Shown here: positions 37,882-48,577 of the stretch, in pieces
Layout of the letters: each line of letters opens with the position of its first letter
Numbering within the stretch: the stretch's first letter is position 1
DNA from: Candidatus Shapirobacteria bacterium
GTDB taxonomy: Bacteria > Patescibacteriota > Microgenomatia > UBA12405 > UBA6130
Assembly (NCBI GenBank): GCA_027039485.1
Contig: JALWDZ010000005.1
Location: 1-54,146, forward strand
Reading direction: 5' to 3'
DNA length: 54,146 nucleotides
Made by a program: the position numbers and the translations under genes
Notes under the pieces: model-generated
What the model was told of the DNA's origin: nothing
Databases searched by the model: none
What the model saw: only the letters and a program-made list of their open reading frames with translations

Positions 37882-39560
37882 TGCCTCCCCCGCCGATAAA
37901 CCGCTTGCCAAGGTTGATAGTTCGAAAAGAATGTTTGCTGGTGCAAAAGCTTGCCGGCGCGCCACACCCGCCAATCAACGGCTACCTTAATGCCGGCGGC
38001 GGCCCAATCAATCTGTTTGGTTACCCCCGGGGGCAGGCTGGGGTCATCAATATACCGCGGCGGCGGCGCCGGCTGCCAATCCCAAGTCCGCGGCGGGCTA
38101 ATTTCTACCCGCCGGCCATCGCGAGTGCCGTAAAATTGGAAAACCAAATGGCGGTGGGGAACGTCGATTTTTGTCTGCAAGAGAAGGTAATTGGCATAGT
38201 CGTTTTGAAACCGCAAATCCATGTTCGGGGCAAAAACGGTCGCATCCAGACCCAAGGGGGCGTTTTCCTCATAGTAATGGACCCTGTAGGCATGGGCGTG
38301 GCGCTCCAAAATTGGCAGGCCGGCATTAAGGGCGGCCCGGAAAAGAGTCGTCGATACCTGGCAAACTCCCCCGCCGTCACCCAAAATTGTCTTTCCTTCC
38401 TTAATAATGTAGGCCTGGCGATAACCGGTCGCCGCCGAAATTTCTCCCACCGCCTTATTAAAGGAAAATGTTTCCCCGGGGGCGATCAAAAGGCCATTTA
38501 ACTTCTGGCTAGCTAAGGTTAAATTGTGGATCCGGTTAGCCGACGAGCCCCAAAAGTAAGAATCGCCGCTGGCAACCAGTTCCCGAATTCCCAAGCGATT
38601 GCTGGCCGCGGTGGTAATTGCCGGCCGCTGGCGGCTGAATTCTAAATGGACCAAACAGGTCTGTTGCTTCTGGCTTAATTTTTGCAAACAATCTTTCATT
38701 GCCGCCGCCAGCTGGGCCGTCTTTAGGCGCCGGCCCACCTTTGCCGGCCGAAAGGCCACCACCCGCCCTTTTTCAAATTGGAAAAGGGAATTTTGGGGCG
38801 GTTCATCCAAGGTCTCCGCCAAATCACGGAGGTAGGTTTTTATCTTGTCCTCTTGCCAGGGCGTTTGGAAGCCGACAAAATTAACTAGCTGCTGGCCAGT
38901 AAGGACAAAATTTTCCTTTTCGCCCTGAAAAACTAGCGTTTTCCCCTGAAGTTTCTGAGCCCTTTCTTGGGCTTGGCGGAGCTGGTCGGGCGAATAATAA
39001 TCACCCCAATGATACAGAGGAATATCCCAAACTGGAGGAATCTGCCCCTTTTGGCTGGCAGCCATTATTTCCTGGCGCAACTTTTGCCAATCAATATCCT
39101 GGCCCTGCTGGCCGCCGCGGACCATTACCTGGCCATTGGTTAGCGCCAACGAAGGGGGAATGGCCGGTTTCTTTAGCTGGCTGGCAGCCGTTGCCAGTTG
39201 GGCTTGCCACTTTTGCCAATCAAGACGGTATTGCCAGGGGAAAACTTGCCGCCAACCCCGACGGTGAAAGCGATTTTGCCAGGCTTGTTGCAAACTTTTT
39301 TCCGGCTGAAAAGCAAAACCAATGGCAGCGGCCGGAAAACAAAAGCGGAGACTGTCTGCCTGAAAGCACCACTGTTGGGGTTGTTTCTTTGCCTGGGCGA
39401 GAACTAATCGCCGAGCCTGGGCATAAGTCTGGTTGCTAATATCCACCGTCCCCAAAAAAGTTCCCGGCAGGAAATGGGAACCACCGTACCAACCAGCCAG
39501 AGGAAGCAGCAAGCTAGCCAGCACCAAAACAGCCTGAAAAAGCCGGCTGCGGACCATCAT
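37878..39560 (-). CDS. VanW-family protein with putative peptidoglycan-binding region
   Basis: NRIHNL, PGETFSFN, GGGVCQVSTTLFRAAL, GLDATV, DLRFQND. Confidence 0.88.
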   Translation of the reverse strand: MMVRSRLFQAVLVLASLLLPLAGWYGGSHFLPGTFLGTVDISNQTYAQARRLVLAQAKKQPQQWCFQADSLRFCFPAAAIGFAFQPEKSLQQAWQNRFHRRGWRQVFPWQYRLDWQKWQAQLATAASQLKKPAIPPSLALTNGQVMVRGGQQGQDIDWQKLRQEIMAASQKGQIPPVWDIPLYHWGDYYSPDQLRQAQERAQKLQGKTLVFQGEKENFVLTGQQLVNFVGFQTPWQEDKIKTYLRDLAETLDEPPQNSLFQFEKGRVVAFRPAKVGRRLKTAQLAAAMKDCLQKLSQKQQTCLVHLEFSRQRPAITTAASNRLGIRELVASGDSYFWGSSANRIHNLTLASQKLNGLLIAPGETFSFNKAVGEISAATGYRQAYIIKEGKTILGDGGGVCQVSTTLFRAALNAGLPILERHAHAYRVHYYEENAPLGLDATVFAPNMDLRFQNDYANYLLLQTKIDVPHRHLVFQFYGTRDGRRVEISPPRTWDWQPAPPPRYIDDPSLPPGVTKQIDWAAAGIKVAVDWRVWRAGKLLHQQTFFSNYQPWQAVYRRGRQ

Positions 39561-40606
39561 TTTTGGGGAGCAATAAGCCACTTAAAGCGGAGATCATGGT
39601 TGAGGGCGTGGCTCAAGCCAACCCGGAAGAAGCCAGGGCCTTTTTGGAGTAAGCGGAGAGGCTGATTGTCACTATCATCGATAGCAGTCAAGTAAACTAC
39701 TGTTTGGGCATTAACCCGCTGATTGCGGACGGTTATTTCTTTTTCGCCGCCTGGCAAGACGCTGGTCCCGGAAAGAGCATTGGCTACCGCCTGGCCGCTA
39801 GTTTCCGGACTGGCCTCATCACCAGCAGCAATAATTAGCGGCTGTTGAGCTTGGGCCTCAAGTTTAGGCGCATTTAAATTTTCCAAAGGCAGCGGCGAAG
39901 GCGAAACCGGCTCGGCGGCCACTACCCCCTTAGTCTTAGCCAACAATTTTTTCAGCCCGGCCAATTCCTGGCGGATTTGGGCCTGTTGCCGGTCATCAAC
40001 CAAGATGCCCAAAAGCTGCTGGTAATGCTGATAAGCAGCCTGGAGCCGGCCAGCTTGGCTTTCCGCTCGGGCCAGTTCTAAGAGAAGTTGCCCATCGGTC
40101 GGGCTTAAATCGACCGCCCGGCGCAGATTATCCACCCCACAAGCCAAATTACCCATCCGTTGGCAAAGCCGGCCAGCCTGGCGCCAATAATCAGGGTTAT
40201 TGCCGGCTAATTGGGCCGCCCGGAGCCAATCCACTAGGGCAATTTGCCGGGCATTGGGAAGATAGGCAGTAATTGCCTGATAAATCCGGGCCCGCTGGGC
40301 ATAACCCCGGGGATCGGTCGGGTAATGGCTGATGGCTGTTGTCGCCAAGGTTATCGCCTGGTTAATAAGCCGGGTTACTTTTTGGTTCCGCTGGCGGATA
40401 TCACCGTCTTTTTGCTGGCTAAGACTAATTGCCTGACTAAAAAACTGTTGCGAAGAAACCAGGTAATTGGTCAACGGCTTAATTGCGGTAGCCGGGGCGA
40501 CCCGGGCCGGAATCGACGTAGGAGTTGTCTTGGCCGGATTTTTGACTGGCCACCACCAAGCCACTCCGGCGCCGATGATAATTGGCAAGAAAAACCACCT
40601 TTTCAT
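39557..40606 (-). CDS. Membrane-anchored TPR-like protein
   Basis: N-terminal TM helix, helical repeats (YPTDPRGYAQRA, LSPTDG), C-terminal beta domain. Confidence 0.65.
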   Translation of the reverse strand: MKRWFFLPIIIGAGVAWWWPVKNPAKTTPTSIPARVAPATAIKPLTNYLVSSQQFFSQAISLSQQKDGDIRQRNQKVTRLINQAITLATTAISHYPTDPRGYAQRARIYQAITAYLPNARQIALVDWLRAAQLAGNNPDYWRQAGRLCQRMGNLACGVDNLRRAVDLSPTDGQLLLELARAESQAGRLQAAYQHYQQLLGILVDDRQQAQIRQELAGLKKLLAKTKGVVAAEPVSPSPLPLENLNAPKLEAQAQQPLIIAAGDEASPETSGQAVANALSGTSVLPGGEKEITVRNQRVNAQTVVYLTAIDDSDNQPLRLLQKGPGFFRVGLSHALNHDLRFKWLIAPQK

Positions 40607-40653
40607 TTTCCTCATTGTAGCAAAAAACTAGCCTATGTTATAATCAATTAACC

Positions 40654-40726
40654 TGCGGGGTGGTGTACGGCTGCATGGGAGACCCATAACCTCCCGGACC
40701 AGGTTCAACTCCTGGCCCCGCAACCA
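40654..40726 (+). tRNA. tRNA with CAT anticodon (Met, initiator-like acceptor stem; atypical)
   Basis: Acceptor tgcgggg/ccccgca-A-CCA, T arm ccagg-ttcaact-cctgg, anticodon loop cccataa; TATAAT upstream. Confidence 0.85.
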
Positions 40727-40728
40727 AG

Positions 40729-41064
40729 CTAACCCCAAATTTTTGCCATCTGGAGAAGTTTTTGCCACTCGTTTTGAAGCTCGGAAAAGCTAGCTGCCAA
40801 AGCGGCCTTTCGGGTCAGAATAAGAATTTTTGCCGGTCGAAAATGAGACAGAGAAAGGCGGGCAATTTCAGCTAGGCGGCGGCGGAGGCGATTGCGGTCA
40901 ACGGCCCGGGGAGCAATCTTCCGGGAAACAACGATGCCAATTTTTTTCTCCTCGCCAGCTAATACTAGAAGGTGAAAAAAGTGGCCACGGACAAATTGTC
41001 CCTTTTCCTGCAAAAGTTGAAAATCTTTCTTCCGGCGAAGACGGTATTCTCGCCCTAAGGCCAC
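40729..41064 (-). CDS. rnpA: Ribonuclease P protein component
   Basis: RLRRKKDF, GIVVSRKI..AVDRNRLRR; follows rpmH. Confidence 0.92.
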   Translation of the reverse strand: MALGREYRLRRKKDFQLLQEKGQFVRGHFFHLLVLAGEEKKIGIVVSRKIAPRAVDRNRLRRRLAEIARLSLSHFRPAKILILTRKAALAASFSELQNEWQKLLQMAKIWG

Positions 41065-41216
41065 TAGCGCGCTGAGCTAACGGTTAACCTTTTCCTCCCT
41101 TTTTGGCGGCGGCGTTGCAAAACTTTTTGACCACCGGCTGTTTTCATCCGCTGGCGAAAACCATGTTTGCGGGCCCGGCGGCGCTTTTTAGGCTGATAGG
41201 TGCGCTTGGTGCTCAT
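41064..41216 (-). CDS. rpmH: 50S ribosomal protein L34 (not in the supplied ORF track, 50 aa)
   Basis: Manual translation [50 protein letters not shown]. Confidence 0.96.
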   Translation of the reverse strand: MSTKRTYQPKKRRRARKHGFRQRMKTAGGQKVLQRRRQKGRKRLTVSSAR

Positions 41217-41241
41217 GAGAGCATTATATCATGAAACATAA

Positions 41242-42588
41242 CTAAGGCGTGGGCAAAGCTAATTTTTGTCGTTTGAATTCTTCCCATTCGTCACCGACGC
41301 GGATGACAAAACCTTTTAGATCGCGGCGGCCAACTAGCACTTTGGTGTTTAAATGGTGGCGTTGGGTGACATTGGCGGCGGTAACAATTTTTTGCTTGCC
41401 CAACCAAAAAGTAAGGCTAATGATCGGCCGGCGGTGGTGCTGGCCCAGCGAAGAACGGTAGTGGCGGTAATCAACAATGTTGTCTTTTTTCAAAAGCCCC
41501 AAACTTTTGGCAAAATCATGGTCAATAGAAGTCCGGTAAGCGCCGGTGTCAATTTTAGCCAAAACGGAAACCCGCTGGCGCTGGCCGGGCACTTTAATCC
41601 TAATTGTTTCCAAAGTGGAAATAATTCGCAGATTCCCTTCGGGATTGACCTTGTCAACAAAGCTCTCCCCAAAAAGGGAACGGGCAATATTGATGGCATG
41701 CTGAACATTGCGGACATTAATCCCCTCCACCCGTGTCAGCCGATCCCGCAAGCCAGCCCGGTTGCAAATTTGAATGGCCAAACCGGGGCGGGCATTGAGT
41801 TCCAGGACCAGGGGCCCTTTCTCCTTGTCAAGGACAATGTCCACCCCTACAAATTTCAAACTCGGCACCGCCTGCTGAGCCCGAATAGCGGTGGCTAAAA
41901 TTTCTTCCCAATGAGGAATGCGAAAACCGTTCACCTTAACCATTTTCCGGCGCCGGAAATCATAAATGGTTTCGATTGGCCGGTCGCGACGGACGCCGTA
42001 GGTTGTAATCCCGGTGGCCATATCTAACCCCAAACCAATAGCTCCCTGATGAAGGTTAGCTTTACCTTTAGATTCGGCGGTAGGGATGCGGAGCATGGCC
42101 ATGACCGGAATTTGGCGGTAGACAATAACCCGAATATCAGGAGTGCCACTGTGGGTAAAACGCAAAAATTTTGGCAAAATCTTAATTCGTTCTTCGACCA
42201 AAACCCAGTCGGGGAAATTGTGGAGACTGTATTTACCTTGGAGAATTTCTAGGGCGTGGTAGCGGAGGTCGCCAATGTTTACTTTGCGCCCATCCATCAA
42301 AAACCATTCGCCGGCCCACTTAGCCTTTTTCTTGACAATCAAAATGCCTTCACCGCCATAGCCGCTGACTGGCTTAATGACAAAGCCACCCTCCAAATTT
42401 TCCCAGGCAAAGTTTTTAACTTCTTCTTCAGTTTTAAGCAAGGCTAAAATTTTAGGAACCGGCACTCCCGCCTTTTCTAGCCGGCGCTTAGTTTTTAATT
42501 TGGAATCAGCAATCCGCCGGCCTCGATTTTGGCGCAAAAAATACCAGTTGCGGGCGTTTTTGGTCAGGATTTGTTGCCGCCAACCCAT
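41242..42588 (-). CDS. Alpha-L-glutamate ligase-like ATP-grasp protein fused to a retropepsin-like (RimK-associated) protease domain
   Basis: FVIKP..GYGGEGI, DIRVIV, ANLHQGA, VDIVLD, ELNARPGL; C-terminal AKIDTGA...LVGRRDL. Confidence 0.85.
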   Translation of the reverse strand: MGWRQQILTKNARNWYFLRQNRGRRIADSKLKTKRRLEKAGVPVPKILALLKTEEEVKNFAWENLEGGFVIKPVSGYGGEGILIVKKKAKWAGEWFLMDGRKVNIGDLRYHALEILQGKYSLHNFPDWVLVEERIKILPKFLRFTHSGTPDIRVIVYRQIPVMAMLRIPTAESKGKANLHQGAIGLGLDMATGITTYGVRRDRPIETIYDFRRRKMVKVNGFRIPHWEEILATAIRAQQAVPSLKFVGVDIVLDKEKGPLVLELNARPGLAIQICNRAGLRDRLTRVEGINVRNVQHAINIARSLFGESFVDKVNPEGNLRIISTLETIRIKVPGQRQRVSVLAKIDTGAYRTSIDHDFAKSLGLLKKDNIVDYRHYRSSLGQHHRRPIISLTFWLGKQKIVTAANVTQRHHLNTKVLVGRRDLKGFVIRVGDEWEEFKRQKLALPTP

Positions 42589-42589
42589 T

Positions 42590-43441
42590 TTAGTGCCGGG
42601 ACCAAATTGAATAAAAACGGCGGTATTCTAAAAGGCGGAAGCCAGAATAGCGGCCGATGAGGACATTGAAAATTAAAATGAGGAGAAGGGCTAGTTCGGG
42701 GTTGAGAAGGACCAGGCGCTGCAAAAGCGCCCACTTCATCAAAATAGCTCCCAAGATAGCCAAGACGAGGGTAGCTAGGGTAAGGCGCATAGCCGCCTGC
42801 TTGCTTTTACCCAGCTGGGTGCGGGCAAATTCTTCGGCTAAGAGGACAAAAAAGAGGATGGGGAAAATGGAAACCCGGGCTAAGGTAGCCAAACCAAGGT
42901 AAGGGGCCAAAATCAGGGCACCGAAAGTAGCCAGGGCGGTGAAGGTTAAAACAATCGCTCGCCGGGGCCAATAATGAAGGCGGATTGGCCGCAGCCAGCG
43001 GCCCACCAAGCTGTTAACAAAAACGATGGTGGCAAAGAGGAAAAGCCCGCCGGCAATTCCAGTCGCCAGAAAAGTAACCGCCAACATGGCCGGAATAAAG
43101 AGACCGAAGCCAGAAAGGCCAACCAGATACTGCAAAACACCAACCAAAGCTCCCACTAAAGGAAGAAGAAAAAGAAAAATAATTGTATTGGGCGTTACCC
43201 CTTGGTTAATGGCCGACCGGATAAGATAACGGAGAAAGTTAGTCGGACCCAAAGGGGCTAAATGCTGGTTTTGAATAATTTGTACCAAACTATCTCTAGA
43301 ATTAGCCGGTGCTGTTTCACTGCTAGCAGGACCAGCGGTTACTGCCGGCCATTGCAAGGGCGGTTTATCAATAGCGTTAACCGCAAAAGTGCTTCCCAAG
43401 AATAATAAAACGGCCAAAACTACCACCTTTAAATTCTTCAT
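42590..43441 (-). CDS. 7TM protein of the type usually fused to an inactive transglutaminase
   Basis: VGLSGFGLFIP, LHYWPRRA, SIFPIL, GRYSGFRLLEYRRF; adjacent to the ATP-grasp gene. Confidence 0.8.
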   Translation of the reverse strand: MKNLKVVVLAVLLFLGSTFAVNAIDKPPLQWPAVTAGPASSETAPANSRDSLVQIIQNQHLAPLGPTNFLRYLIRSAINQGVTPNTIIFLFLLPLVGALVGVLQYLVGLSGFGLFIPAMLAVTFLATGIAGGLFLFATIVFVNSLVGRWLRPIRLHYWPRRAIVLTFTALATFGALILAPYLGLATLARVSIFPILFFVLLAEEFARTQLGKSKQAAMRLTLATLVLAILGAILMKWALLQRLVLLNPELALLLILIFNVLIGRYSGFRLLEYRRFYSIWSRH

Positions 43442-43479
43442 GACATATTATACCCTAAATTAGGCAAATTCTATTCAAA

Positions 43480-44190
43480 ATGGCGTTTCGATTAACTAAA
43501 ATTGCCAATGCTATTCTCGACAGCCTCTATCCGCCTTCCTGTTATTTTTGCCACCGCCCCGGCGCCTGGATTTGCCCCCAATGCTGGGCAAAAATTAATT
43601 TCCGCTCGCCGCAAAAATGCCCCGTGTGCGAGAGGGGCTCTTATCTTGGCCTCACCCACCCCCACTGCCGCCGCCGCAACGAGCTAGACGGCCTTTTCTA
43701 CCTTTTCCCTTATCGCGAGCCATGGCGAGCCATGCTCCACGATTACAAATACCGCTTTGTCCGCCGGCTAACTTCGGTTTGGCAACAACTTATTGCCACC
43801 AGCTTGCAAAAACACCATCCGGACCTCCTCCGCTATTGGCAAAAAGAAAAAGTCGTCATCGTTCCGGTGCCCCTTCATCCCAGCCGCCGCCTCTGGCGGG
43901 GTTTCAACCAGGCTCAAGAGTTGGCAAAAATCATCAGCCAAATCAGCCAGCGGCCCCTCCAACTTCTAGCTGGCCGGCGTCATCTTGACCGCCACCAGGC
44001 CAAACTCAACGCCCAGCAGCGGGCCAGCAACATCACTCCGGCCAATTTTTTCCTCCGCCGTCAACGGCTAAAAGGCAACTTCCTTCTGGTCGACGATGTA
44101 GTAACAACCGGAACTACTTTCCGGGCTTTGGCCACCCTCCTTAAAAAGCACGGTGCTAATCATGTCAGTGCTTTTGCTCTTCTTGGCTAA
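43480..44190 (+). CDS. comF: ComF-family competence protein (Zn ribbon plus PRTase)
   Basis: CxxC repeats, VPVPLH..R...RGFNQA, LVDDVVTTGTT. Confidence 0.88.
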   Translation: MAFRLTKIANAILDSLYPPSCYFCHRPGAWICPQCWAKINFRSPQKCPVCERGSYLGLTHPHCRRRNELDGLFYLFPYREPWRAMLHDYKYRFVRRLTSVWQQLIATSLQKHHPDLLRYWQKEKVVIVPVPLHPSRRLWRGFNQAQELAKIISQISQRPLQLLAGRRHLDRHQAKLNAQQRASNITPANFFLRRQRLKGNFLLVDDVVTTGTTFRALATLLKKHGANHVSAFALLG

Positions 44191-44192
44191 AT

Positions 44193-45284
44193 TTACTTTA
44201 AGAAACTCAGCGGGTTCAAGCGGACTCGGCCGCGGCGGATTTCAAAGTGGAGATGAGTGCCGGTCGAATGGCCGGTTGAACCCATCCTACCAATTGGCTG
44301 GCCCTGGGCTACCTTTTGGCCGGGATGGACATAAATCCGAGTCATGTGGGCGTAAAGAGTCTTATAGCCATTGCCGTGGTCAATAATTACATGGTGGCCA
44401 TAGCCGTAACGGCCATAAATTACCCGCTCAACGGTTCCGGCAGCCGCGGCCAGGATATTGGGGGCAGCCGGATTGGCAATGTCAATCGCCCGGTGGTACC
44501 AAGAATAGCCCTGGGTAACAACTCCCGAAGTAGGCCAAATAAATTGGCTGGCGGTTTTCTTGCCAGCAACTACCGGCCAGCGCCGGGCCGCATAGTACGA
44601 TGGCGGCGGCTTAGCGCTGGGCATAATCCCGTCGGGAATAATAATAACCTGGCCAACTTTAAGGGCAAAAGTTTCGTCGTTGGCAAAGGTGTTAAAAGGA
44701 AAGTCGACAATTTTTTGGGGGTCGGTGCGGTATTTTTTCGCCAACGAATAAACAGTTTCTCCCCGGCGGACCCGGTGGACGATGCCGGTTACCGGCGGAA
44801 TCTTTAACCGCTGGCCGGCGCGGATATCTTTGGGTGAGCGGAGATTGTTGGCCCAAATAATCGTATCCAGGGAAACATCAAATTTTTTGGCAATTGCTGA
44901 AAGCGTTTCCCCTTTCTTGACAATATATTCAACAATATCGCCCCGGACATTTGTCTGCCCAGTTTGGGGAACATAAAGGCTGGTTTGGGCCAAAGCCGCC
45001 TGGGTATCAAGATAATCGCTGGGCAGGTTAGTCTCTGAGCTAAGGGCATCCTCCAAATAAGGCGAAAGATAAATTGCCAAAAAAACAAAAACTGTCAGAA
45101 AAAAATGGGTTGCCGGCTGGGCAAAGCGCCCCCGTTGGCGGTAAAGCAAACGCACCAAAAAAGTCTTAACCCCTTCCAGGGAATGTAAAACAAGCAGAAT
45201 CCAGTTGGCTAAAATAACATGGTAAGTGTCTTTAAAAGCATACCATTCTTCCCGGTAATTTTTCAGCTTGGGCAAAAGCTTCAT
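44193..45284 (-). CDS. LysM x2 plus M23 peptidase
   Basis: YIVKKGETLSAIA, HRAIDIA, YAHM, STGTHLHFEIR. Confidence 0.9.
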   Translation of the reverse strand: MKLLPKLKNYREEWYAFKDTYHVILANWILLVLHSLEGVKTFLVRLLYRQRGRFAQPATHFFLTVFVFLAIYLSPYLEDALSSETNLPSDYLDTQAALAQTSLYVPQTGQTNVRGDIVEYIVKKGETLSAIAKKFDVSLDTIIWANNLRSPKDIRAGQRLKIPPVTGIVHRVRRGETVYSLAKKYRTDPQKIVDFPFNTFANDETFALKVGQVIIIPDGIMPSAKPPPSYYAARRWPVVAGKKTASQFIWPTSGVVTQGYSWYHRAIDIANPAAPNILAAAAGTVERVIYGRYGYGHHVIIDHGNGYKTLYAHMTRIYVHPGQKVAQGQPIGRMGSTGHSTGTHLHFEIRRGRVRLNPLSFLK

Positions 45285-45772
45285 TTTTCAAGCGGCAAGT
45301 GGCGGTAAAGCCAGGCTGAGATTTTATCAAGGGCATTTTTAGGCGGGTCTATTTTCACCAGCCGGGCGGCCAAAATTTTTTCAATTTCTTTCTCTTGCGG
45401 ATCAATAATCAGTTGAAGAGCTGGCAAATCAGCTGTTTTGGGAAGAATAACAGCTAGGGTATGCCCCCATCTCTTTTCTATCCAGTAATGACCTAGCCAC
45501 TCCCAAGCGATTACTTGCTCCCGGTCGGGCACCTGCACCCCCTTAGTAGTAAATTTGTAAGTAACCTTTGCCGGGGCAACCGTAGTTAAAACATAATAGA
45601 GAAAGACCAGAGACAGCCCGGCAATGATCAAAAGCCATTCTTGGGCAAAAAAGAGAATCAAAACCACTAGGGCAGTAATCATTAAAATTGTGCTCCAGGT
45701 TTCCCGGGAATAACGGCGAAAAGGCCGGGCTGGCGCTTGCCACTCAAGCAAGACATTTTTTTTCTTCATCAT
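45281..45772 (-). CDS. Hypothetical membrane protein
   Basis: LLEWQAPARPF, two TM helices; start trimmed to MMKKK because the longer ORF overlaps the 16S trailer. Confidence 0.65.
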   Translation of the reverse strand: MMKKKNVLLEWQAPARPFRRYSRETWSTILMITALVVLILFFAQEWLLIIAGLSLVFLYYVLTTVAPAKVTYKFTTKGVQVPDREQVIAWEWLGHYWIEKRWGHTLAVILPKTADLPALQLIIDPQEKEIEKILAARLVKIDPPKNALDKISAWLYRHLPLEK

Positions 45773-45809
45773 CTTATGATACTCCAACCGGCCCCAAAAA
45801 AACCAGTCT

Positions 45810-45836
45810 GTTAGTTCGGCTTGCAGCAGGAGAAGC
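45810..45836 (-). other. 3' arm of the 16S precursor processing stem
   Basis: Complementary to 47559-47585 (gcttctcctgct(g/a)caa...), mostly with G-U-compatible differences. Confidence 0.8.
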
Positions 45837-45846
45837 AAAAATCCTA

Positions 45847-47544
<1,698 letters not shown>

Positions 47545-47558
47545 AAAAAAACGAACTG

Positions 47559-47654
47559 GCTTCTCCTGCTACAACCCAAACCAACTTGAACCTTTTGTCA
47601 AGGTGCTAATATTCTGAAGCAATTCTATTATACCTTGAAGAAAAGAAAAATCAA
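47559..47654 (-). promoter_or_regulatory. 16S promoter and leader
   Basis: TTGATT-16-TATAAT (47654-47627), boxA-like gcaccttgacaa (47595-47606), 5' processing arm 47559-47585. Confidence 0.65.
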
Positions 47655-48577
47655 GCCGTCTTTTGTAAGAAGCTTTCCGCCTCGAGGGCGGCCATGCAGC
47701 CGGTGCCAACTGCGGTGGCTAATTGTTGGTAATGGGCATCGGCGACATCACCGGCGGCAAAAACTCCCGGGCGCGAGGTAAGCACTTTTTCCCGGGTAAC
47801 AATATAGCCGTGATCGTCCAAATCTAACTGGCCCTGGACAAACTGGGTGTTAGGCTGGTGGCCAATCGCCAGAAAAAGACCATCTAAAGGCAGTTCTGAC
47901 CGCTCGCCAGTTTTGGTATCCTCCAAAACCACGCCGGTTAATTTTTCCTTACCCTTTAGCTGGACAACAATTTTGTTCCAGAGAATCTTAATGTTGGGCT
48001 GTTTTTGGACTAATTTTTGGTTGGCTAGGGCCGCTCGCAACTGGTCGCGGCGATGGATTATATACACCTGGCGGGCTGCTTTGGCTAAAACCAGGGCATC
48101 GACCATGGCCGTGTCGCCACCCCCAACTACGGCGGCTACTTTTTGGCGGTAAAAAAAGGCATCGCAAGTAGCACAAGTGGAAACTCCATGGCCAAGGAGT
48201 TCTTTTTCCCGCGGCAAGCCTAAAAACCGGGGCGAGCCGCCGCTGGCAATAATTAAAGCCTCAGTTAGCAACTCTTTATCCTTCAGGAACACCCGAAAAG
48301 GGCGTTGGTGGAGATCAGTTTTAACCACCTCGCCTCCTAAAAAGCGGGCGCCAAACTTTTCTGCCTGCTGGCGAAAGCGCTGGGCCAGCTCCGGCCCCTG
48401 AATACCTTCTGGAAAGCCAGGATAGTTCTCGACCAAGGTGGTCAAAACCGGCTGGCCACCGGGACTTAAACCTTCAATCACCAGCGGGTCAAACCCCGAC
48501 CGACCGGCGTAAATTGCCGCTGTCAACCCGGCCGGGCCGGCGCCAATGATGATCACCTTTTCGACTTTTTCAGCCAT
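47651..48577 (-). CDS. trxB: Thioredoxin reductase
   Basis: GAGPAG, CATCD, GGGDTA, FAAGDV. Confidence 0.95.
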   Translation of the reverse strand: MAEKVEKVIIIGAGPAGLTAAIYAGRSGFDPLVIEGLSPGGQPVLTTLVENYPGFPEGIQGPELAQRFRQQAEKFGARFLGGEVVKTDLHQRPFRVFLKDKELLTEALIIASGGSPRFLGLPREKELLGHGVSTCATCDAFFYRQKVAAVVGGGDTAMVDALVLAKAARQVYIIHRRDQLRAALANQKLVQKQPNIKILWNKIVVQLKGKEKLTGVVLEDTKTGERSELPLDGLFLAIGHQPNTQFVQGQLDLDDHGYIVTREKVLTSRPGVFAAGDVADAHYQQLATAVGTGCMAALEAESFLQKTA

